A stretch of 64,000 bases of DNA from Candidatus Latescibacterota bacterium (GTDB lineage: Bacteria > Latescibacterota > UBA2968), in the NCBI GenBank assembly GCA_965204745.1, contig OZ242010.1, forward strand, positions 4,160,001 to 4,224,000, written 5' to 3'. The notes under the pieces were generated by a model, which saw only the letters and a list, made by a program, of their open reading frames with translations, made no database searches and had not been told where the DNA came from. The translations under genes were made by a program, and so were the position numbers. Position 1 is the first letter of the stretch; each line of letters opens with the position of its first letter. Below are positions 58,053 through 64,000 of this stretch, piece after piece.

Positions 58053-58071
58053 GTTTGATGATTTACTGAAA

Positions 58072-58402
58072 ATGCGAATAAAGCGTTGAATCCATTTATT
58101 GGGACCTACCCCCCTGGCCCCCCTTCCTCACAGGAAGGGGGGAATGGCGAGAGGTTGTGCGAGGGGTTTGGGTTTCCAGGGCGTGATCTATTCGTTCAAA
58201 GCCATCAGAACAGCCAGGGAGACAAACCTTCAAAAAGCCATGCGCTCCCCCTTTCCTTGTAGGAAAGGGGGCCGGGGGGATAGGTCCTACGAGGAAGGGG
58301 AAGAACATCTCTCGTTGCAGAGAGGAGCCGGATGACTCGTCCATGTCTTTGGGCGATTGGTCTCGGCTTGCTTCCTACTCGCTTTCTACTCTTAATTCGC
58401 AT
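58072..58402 (+). mobile_element. MITE, complete copy
   Basis: ATGCGAATAAAG...CTTAATTCGCAT, exact 5-bp direct flank TGAAA. Confidence 0.82.
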
Positions 58403-58417
58403 TGAAAGGAGACATCC

Positions 58418-59077
58418 ATGAAGTTTTTTATCGACACGGCCAGTTTAGACGCGATCCGCGAGGCGCAAGCCATGGGCGTGCTGGATGGCGTGACGACAAA
58501 TCCGTCGTTGATGGCGCAGGAAAAGGGGGAATTTGAGGATATTATCCGCGCGATTTGCGCGATTGTCGATGGCCCGGTCAGCGCGGAGGTGGTGAGCACG
58601 GACACCGAGGGCATGATCGCCGAGGCGCGCCGCAATGCAGCGATTCACGAGCAGGTGGTGGTGAAAATTCCGATTACGCCGGATGGGCTCAAAGCGATCA
58701 AGGCGTGTTCGGACGAGGGGATTCGCGTGAATGTGACCCTGTGTTTTTCCGCAACCCAAGCCCTGATGGCGGCCAAGGCCGGGGCGACTTATATCAGCCC
58801 ATTCATCGGGCGGTTGGACGATTTGGGGCAAGATGGCATGGAATTGATTCGCACCGTGCGCCAGATGTACGACAATTACGGATTCGCCACGCAAGTGCTC
58901 GCCGCGAGTTTGCGCTCGCCCAAACACGTCGTGGAATGCGCCCTCGCCGGCGCGGATGTGGCGACGCTCCCGCCCGACGTGTTGGGCAAGTTGCTCGCGC
59001 ATCCCCTAACCGACATCGGCTTGGAACGCTTCCTCAACGACTGGCACGCATGGCAAGCCGCGAAATCCGGGAGATAG
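58418..59077 (+). CDS. fsa: fructose-6-phosphate aldolase / transaldolase family
   Basis: MKFFIDTA, GVTTNPSL, VVVKIP, NVTLCF, SPFIGR. Confidence 0.93.
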   Translation: MKFFIDTASLDAIREAQAMGVLDGVTTNPSLMAQEKGEFEDIIRAICAIVDGPVSAEVVSTDTEGMIAEARRNAAIHEQVVVKIPITPDGLKAIKACSDEGIRVNVTLCFSATQALMAAKAGATYISPFIGRLDDLGQDGMELIRTVRQMYDNYGFATQVLAASLRSPKHVVECALAGADVATLPPDVLGKLLAHPLTDIGLERFLNDWHAWQAAKSGR

Positions 59078-59328
59078 GCTATGACGCGGTACGAAACAAA
59101 GACTCAGAGAAACTGGGAGAGAAAGCAACAAGCATTCAAGGCAACACTGCGGCGTTGCAATGCCGTTGCACGCGAAGAATACCCCTGTGCTCAAATCTTC
59201 GTCAGTTCATTGGCCTCATCTTCTAATGCGTCTCGATAGTGCGAACGGGTTGACATTGGCCCCAAACCGCTCGTTGCGTGCGGCGTAGAGCCTATCGCGT
59301 GTCCTGTGGGGTTCGAGTTAAACGCCTG

Positions 59329-59508
59329 TTAAGGGACGGATACTGCACGTATTTTCGGCTTTTTTGCCAACTCGTTACGCAATGCACGAGACTGGTGCCG
59401 GTAGAACGCCAACCGCTCTTTTATCGTTCTGTCCTTGAGTTGCTCATGGTGTTCATCTCGAATACGGCGCACCATCTCAACCGCATCAAACGTTTTTTTC
59501 GCGCCCAT
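59329..59508 (-). CDS. 59-aa partner of PIN protein (putative antitoxin)
   Basis: Read by hand (below ORF cut-off): MGAKKTFDAVEMVRRIRDEHHEQLKDRTIKERLAFYRHQSRALRNELAKKPKIRAVSVP; overlaps the PIN stop. Confidence 0.7.
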   Translation of the reverse strand: MGAKKTFDAVEMVRRIRDEHHEQLKDRTIKERLAFYRHQSRALRNELAKKPKIRAVSVP

Positions 59509-59962
59509 AGTTGGTCACCTCGCGCGGAGAGTAAATCTGTAACGGTTTATAGCCAAGTTCCATGTTCACGGCGGTGAACATGCGTATCTTATCGAAGTGT
59601 ACAATGTGTTTGAAGTTCCAGCTAACCAATACATCTACTTCTGCGACCGAAGCCAAGGCGATATGCAACGCATCATCGAAAAAGTTGGTCGTCAGAATCC
59701 GCCTCTTTAGGTAGGTTTCAGCAAGTTGCACAGCTTCCACTGTGACGTTGAGAAATTCAGGATTCAGAGTCAAAAGTTTCGAGTAGATATCTCTAACAGG
59801 CTCAGGAGCATCTCGGATCTCTGCGTCAACGACTTCAGATACAACCGGCCTGAAGTTGCCCAAACGGAAATCCTTCATCAGCCCGTTTGACCAAGGGGCG
59901 AACTCATCGTCATGGGAGCCGCCAATGACAGAAGTATCAATATATACGCGCTGTAATTTCAT
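59486..59962 (-). CDS. PIN domain (VapC-like) protein
   Basis: VYIDTSV, E in VVDAEI, DDALHIA, LVSWNFKH. Confidence 0.9.
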   Translation of the reverse strand: MKLQRVYIDTSVIGGSHDDEFAPWSNGLMKDFRLGNFRPVVSEVVDAEIRDAPEPVRDIYSKLLTLNPEFLNVTVEAVQLAETYLKRRILTTNFFDDALHIALASVAEVDVLVSWNFKHIVHFDKIRMFTAVNMELGYKPLQIYSPREVTNYGREKNV

Positions 59963-60028
59963 GTAGGCTCAATGTATGGCATCGGTGAGTTTCTGCCAAA
60001 GGCAACCGCGGAATGCAAATTAAAAGTG

Positions 60029-60913
60029 TTAGGGCATCAGGAGAAGAATCATGCGAATAAGAGCAAAAAGCCGATGAAAGAGATAATCGACATGCTCACT
60101 TTTGGCGAGTGGTTCTTGATCCGTTTCAGAATGGCGTATTTGGAAGCGATTGCCGATCTTCGTCAGTTCTTTGGCCTCCCTCTCCAATGATTCTCGGAAT
60201 TTGGGAGAGGATGGGCCGGCCGTGCGATCAAGGCGAGACGTGATCTGCGCCTTCTTGTCCGATCCGTCGCCCAGCGTCTTTAGCCGCTCCCACGCATCCC
60301 ATAGAGACTCTAAGGCTTCACGGCGTATTGCCTCGTCGGAGTCGGAAAATTTGCGCTTTGCCACATCCAACATACGATTAAGTTCAGCATCGCCCGTACT
60401 AAACTCAATCGAAGCAAGTTCCTCGCGTAGTACGGACGGCGCGAGTCGTTCGATTTCGCCTTGCCATGTGAGTTCGTAGGCGAGGCCGTTACGGCGAAAT
60501 ATCCGATTGATGTCATCTCGAAATTCGGCCTGACCGGCTTCGATATCGAAGTCCAGATGATCGTGCTTAAAAAATTCGTGATACCCGTTGCGGATGGACT
60601 TGCCAATACACCGCCAGCAGAACTCAATCATGTCGAGGATATCCAGGGTTCGCGGTGGCTTTTTATCCTCCCAAGGGTCATCCTCCTTTTCTTGCAAATT
60701 CGGGATATCGGCTTCCATAGCCAGTCTAAAGGCCCTTTTATCGGTACCGATAATTGCTCCACCATCCTCGCAAAGAATTGGATATTTTGCACCGAATGAA
60801 CCGTCATCAATCCGGGCCTGGATAAGAACCTCGATACCCTTCCATACGGGGTTGCTGATTTCTTCGTTTTCTCGGGGAGTTTCTCCTTCTTCTCGCTCAC
60901 TGAAATACATCAT
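60029..60913 (-). CDS. AbiJ-NTD4 plus HEPN-like domain protein
   Basis: YFSERE..., DGSFG..YP..CEDG, INRIFRRNGLAYEL, LWDAWERLKT, GNRFQIRHSE. Confidence 0.78.
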   Translation of the reverse strand: MMYFSEREEGETPRENEEISNPVWKGIEVLIQARIDDGSFGAKYPILCEDGGAIIGTDKRAFRLAMEADIPNLQEKEDDPWEDKKPPRTLDILDMIEFCWRCIGKSIRNGYHEFFKHDHLDFDIEAGQAEFRDDINRIFRRNGLAYELTWQGEIERLAPSVLREELASIEFSTGDAELNRMLDVAKRKFSDSDEAIRREALESLWDAWERLKTLGDGSDKKAQITSRLDRTAGPSSPKFRESLEREAKELTKIGNRFQIRHSETDQEPLAKSEHVDYLFHRLFALIRMILLLMP

Positions 60914-61116
60914 GAGATTATCCTCCTTGGTTTATGTCGCGTTTTTTTAGCGATTTTTGCGACAATACTATGAACGGGTTAGACAGCGGTGCTGTTATGA
61001 TTCTTCCTGACCGAAGGCACTGCCGCACCCGCCGAGCGATTGGTCTGCGGGTGCGGTGCGGAACGAATACCGCATGTATTTCTGTCCGTGCAGGGAAAAG
61101 GACAATTTATTTTTTT

Positions 61117-61134
61117 TTGACATTTCGTTGTCAA
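61117..61134. promoter_or_regulatory. palindromic operator overlapping -35
   Basis: TTGACA-TTTCGT-TGTCAA perfect inverted repeat upstream of the AbiJ-like gene. Confidence 0.5.
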
Positions 61135-61338
61135 CCCCTTTTCGCGCCCGCGGCGTAGGGTGCGTTTCTGATCCGCGGGACTGGAGGGATAGGCGGTGAT
61201 GACGTGCCCATCTCGTATTACGACCTTGCATTTGTAATCAGATTTGAAATGCTATTTATCGACCTGCTCAAGAATCACCTTTTCCATTATAGCCGTAATG
61301 CCCTCACGCAGTTCAACATGCCTACGTAGGAGCCGTCC

Positions 61339-62511
61339 CTACATATCCTTCTTTGCCTCATTGACTATGTAATCAATCGCTCCAGCCATCTCTTGACGGC
61401 GGGAGAATAATGTGCCATTCGGATTTACCAGTTTGGCATCCACTAGCAAGCCGTGTTCACTCTTGCGGCCTATCGAGGCTTTACGGATGAACTCTGCCAG
61501 AGGCTTCCAAGAATCATACTTATTCTCATTCATCCATAGATGGTAACATCCGGCAAGTACTCGAACAAACGTAACGTTATAGGCGAATGTTATGGCACGT
61601 AATTCAGGGATTTCCGGATTGTCTATCTCGCCGGACAGGAAGCCGCTATATTCCTCTCTGGTAGCAGGCATGAATTGGTCTGACCAGACACGGCAACGGT
61701 TGCATAGATCATCAAAGTTCTGCATCTGCATATAGTGTTCATTGAGATCTCGGCTGACACGTTTGCCATAGCCAACTGCCAAGCTCTTTAAGATTGTTGC
61801 CAGTTGATTGATGGCCAAGAGATGTTGGCTGGATGTAGCCACCGAGGAGCGTTCCATCTCCACTCTCCCCTTGAACACGCGACTATTATCGGCGAGCCAG
61901 ACTGCCACCCGGTTGAAAGCGTCGCGCTGGTCGAATCTTGTAACGGTGTTGCTTTCGATGCGCTTGGTCTTCGACGCGTCCACGAACATCTGCCGCAATG
62001 TCTTGATATCATCCTCTGCGTAGAGGACGACGGTCATTGAAGCTTTTCGCAATGATTCCAACTTGTCGGCACGCCGATCCGCATTCGATAGCTCGTCGAG
62101 AACATCTTGTATAGCGCGCCGTCGATGTTGACCGTCGAATATCCGCATGGTGTTGGCACGATTGGCACGGATACACAACTCACCGAAGTTTGGATTGTCC
62201 GACTCGCCTTGTTCATTAAGGTAAGGCTTGAACTCCAACGCGTCGAGCGCAATCCCAAGCATCAGTGCTCCCAGCAACCAATCGTCTTTTTCCGCTAGGT
62301 ATCTTTGAATGTTTCTCGCATGGCTGGGCGTAAGGCGGCGGTTGGCATCTCTGACCATGCTATCATCCACGCGCTGTGGTAGCAGGCCATCGAGCGTCTC
62401 AAAATCGAGTGCAAAATAATACACATCACGGCCACCCTGATGAAACCGGTGCGCGGGGACACGCAGACTGTATTGATTGTTTATAGGGCGTATGTTCAGT
62501 GCCATTTTCAA
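61339..62511 (-). CDS. DndB / DGQHR domain protein
   Basis: QGGRDVY, ANRRLTPSHARNIQRYL, FDGQHRRRAI, QMFVDA. Confidence 0.88.
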   Translation of the reverse strand: MKMALNIRPINNQYSLRVPAHRFHQGGRDVYYFALDFETLDGLLPQRVDDSMVRDANRRLTPSHARNIQRYLAEKDDWLLGALMLGIALDALEFKPYLNEQGESDNPNFGELCIRANRANTMRIFDGQHRRRAIQDVLDELSNADRRADKLESLRKASMTVVLYAEDDIKTLRQMFVDASKTKRIESNTVTRFDQRDAFNRVAVWLADNSRVFKGRVEMERSSVATSSQHLLAINQLATILKSLAVGYGKRVSRDLNEHYMQMQNFDDLCNRCRVWSDQFMPATREEYSGFLSGEIDNPEIPELRAITFAYNVTFVRVLAGCYHLWMNENKYDSWKPLAEFIRKASIGRKSEHGLLVDAKLVNPNGTLFSRRQEMAGAIDYIVNEAKKDM

Positions 62512-62540
62512 ACCTCCAATTTTTTGTGGCGATAACTGAC

Positions 62541-64000
62541 CTAAGCGATGCTCGCTTCTGCCTGCTGTATGATGTAATTGATCGCTTGGACTACAGGCCC
62601 TTGTTGCGCGATTGGAGAAATGCCTCCGGGTGCAACCACGCCTGCGTCCACCAAGAGAGAACCTTTATTTATGCCCGGTTTCAGTGAGGCCCCCCGGAGA
62701 AAGTCTGCCAATGGTTTCCAATCGCGACCGTCTTTTATCCATTCGTGATAGCAACCGGCAAAAATCCGGATAACCGTGGCGTTATACGCCATAGTTTCGG
62801 CACGCTTCTCCGGGATGTCGGAGTTGTCAATCTCGCCAGCCATAAGATCGTTGTATTCAATTCGGGCAGCAGGCATAAAATCGTCGGCCCACGTCAAGCA
62901 ACGCTCGTACAGCGAGTCAAGGTCCAGCATGTATGCGTCGTTGCGATCCTTGCTAACACGACCTTTGTAGCCAACCTCTAAGGTTTTCAGTGTTATCGCC
63001 AATTGGTTGATGGCAATTATATTGTGACTACTCCTGGGAACAGAAACACGCTCCATCTCAACGCGCCTGACAAATAGGTCACTATTTTCCTCAATTTGCA
63101 ACGCGACCAGGTTGAAAGCGTCTCTCTGGTCGAATCTGGTTACTGTATTTCGTTCTATGGACCTGGTTTGTGCCGCGTCTGCGAACATCTGCCGTAGGGC
63201 ATCGATGTTGTCTTCGGCGTACAGCATGATGGGCAGAGAATCTTTTTTGAAGTCTGAAAGTTTTTTATTGCTCGCGTTATGGGAAAGAGTTTGGAGCGCG
63301 TCCTTGATAGCGCGGCGGCGGTGCTGGCCGTCGAACATCTTCATGCTATCAGTACGGTTGGTGAAAATAGTGAGTTCTCCTACGGAGGTTTCGGCATCAG
63401 AATCAGGCATATATGAATCGAAACTCACATCGTCCGGGGATATCCCTAGTAACAGCGTTCCCAGCAACCAATCGTTTCGGTTCTCCAGATATTCTTGAAT
63501 TTTCTTTGCGTGGCTTGGTGTCAGAGGGCGGTTAGCGTCCTTGACCACTCTATCATCCACGCGGTCAGGTAGCAGGTTATCGAGGGACTTAAGATCCAAC
63601 GTGAAGGCGTACACGTCACGTCCGCCCTGCCGGAACTTATGAGCCGGCGTCTTAAAAGGCATCAGCTCACTCCTGATATTTTCCACAGTTTGACTCCGCT
63701 TAGACTCGTTAATCTCCTTGAGCACGCCGGCAATGTCGGTTAAACGATCCACAGCGTACTCCAGTTCAATATCTTGGTTGCCGGGGTGCGACACCTTATT
63801 GCGTGCATCGGTAATCGCATACAGGGCCTCCAAAGGTTTGCTCCCGTGCTTAAAGGCATTGTGGAACACATCCCGCCAATAGACCTTAACAAGGTGCGGA
63901 AATTCATTGATGTCTATTGTCTCCTCAATGCTTCGGCCCTCGTGGAGGTTCTGTTCGAATTGGTTGTACTGACCATCTCGCAACACAGATCTTATGCAGT
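62541..64000 (-). CDS. Swt1-like HEPN fused to DndB/DGQHR domain (5' end beyond window)
   Basis: D..F..LV..YWRDVF...ARNKVSHP (RxxxxH), then FDGQHRRRAI; the frame stays open to base 64000. Confidence 0.85.
   Translation of the reverse strand, partial: CIRSVLRDGQYNQFEQNLHEGRSIEETIDINEFPHLVKVYWRDVFHNAFKHGSKPLEALYAITDARNKVSHPGNQDIELEYAVDRLTDIAGVLKEINESKRSQTVENIRSELMPFKTPAHKFRQGGRDVYAFTLDLKSLDNLLPDRVDDRVVKDANRPLTPSHAKKIQEYLENRNDWLLGTLLLGISPDDVSFDSYMPDSDAETSVGELTIFTNRTDSMKMFDGQHRRRAIKDALQTLSHNASNKKLSDFKKDSLPIMLYAEDNIDALRQMFADAAQTRSIERNTVTRFDQRDAFNLVALQIEENSDLFVRRVEMERVSVPRSSHNIIAINQLAITLKTLEVGYKGRVSKDRNDAYMLDLDSLYERCLTWADDFMPAARIEYNDLMAGEIDNSDIPEKRAETMAYNATVIRIFAGCYHEWIKDGRDWKPLADFLRGASLKPGINKGSLLVDAGVVAPGGISPIAQQGPVVQAINYIIQQAEASIA

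Noticed and set aside
59280-60035. Integron cassette array (CCCTAAC / CTTAAC at gene ends)
   Set aside because: No matching GTTRRRY with attC dyad symmetry was found, and no integrase is in the window.
61250-61325. Short minus-strand frame ..VELREGITAIMEKVILEQVDK-stop
   Set aside because: Could be a gene remnant, but it is too short to assign and has no clear RBS or start.

Overview
GC-rich bacterial window. Its mix of Calx-beta/GLUG/EF-hand adhesins, ankyrin, internalin-like LRR and WG-repeat proteins, plus LptD, suggests a diderm host-associated organism, possibly a sponge-symbiont Latescibacterota/Gemmatimonadota-like lineage (inference only). The housekeeping backbone includes gap, pfkA, lptD, tRNA-Leu(TAG), lysA, dtd, maf, rodZ, priA, pheA, an MrfA-like helicase, a polyprenyl synthase and fsa/tal. 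Accessory content: (i) two paralogous giant adhesin genes, one frameshifted, with a 23-bp G:C tract in its leader and a swapped C-terminal anchor; (ii) a restriction-modification islet with two BsaWI-like endonucleases around one N4C-type methylase, a REase-MTase chimera and a candidate sRNA; (iii) an intact IS110 element whose bridge-RNA donor and target guides can be read directly from the sequence, inserted in a dispersed repeat; (iv) a frameshifted IS5/IS903 element, a MITE family and many heptamer/nonamer arrays; (v) a putative defence island at the right edge: Swt1-HEPN-DndB(DGQHR), DndB(DGQHR), AbiJ-NTD4-HEPN, and a PIN toxin with a small partner. Family assignments come from motif recognition by eye; no database search was run.
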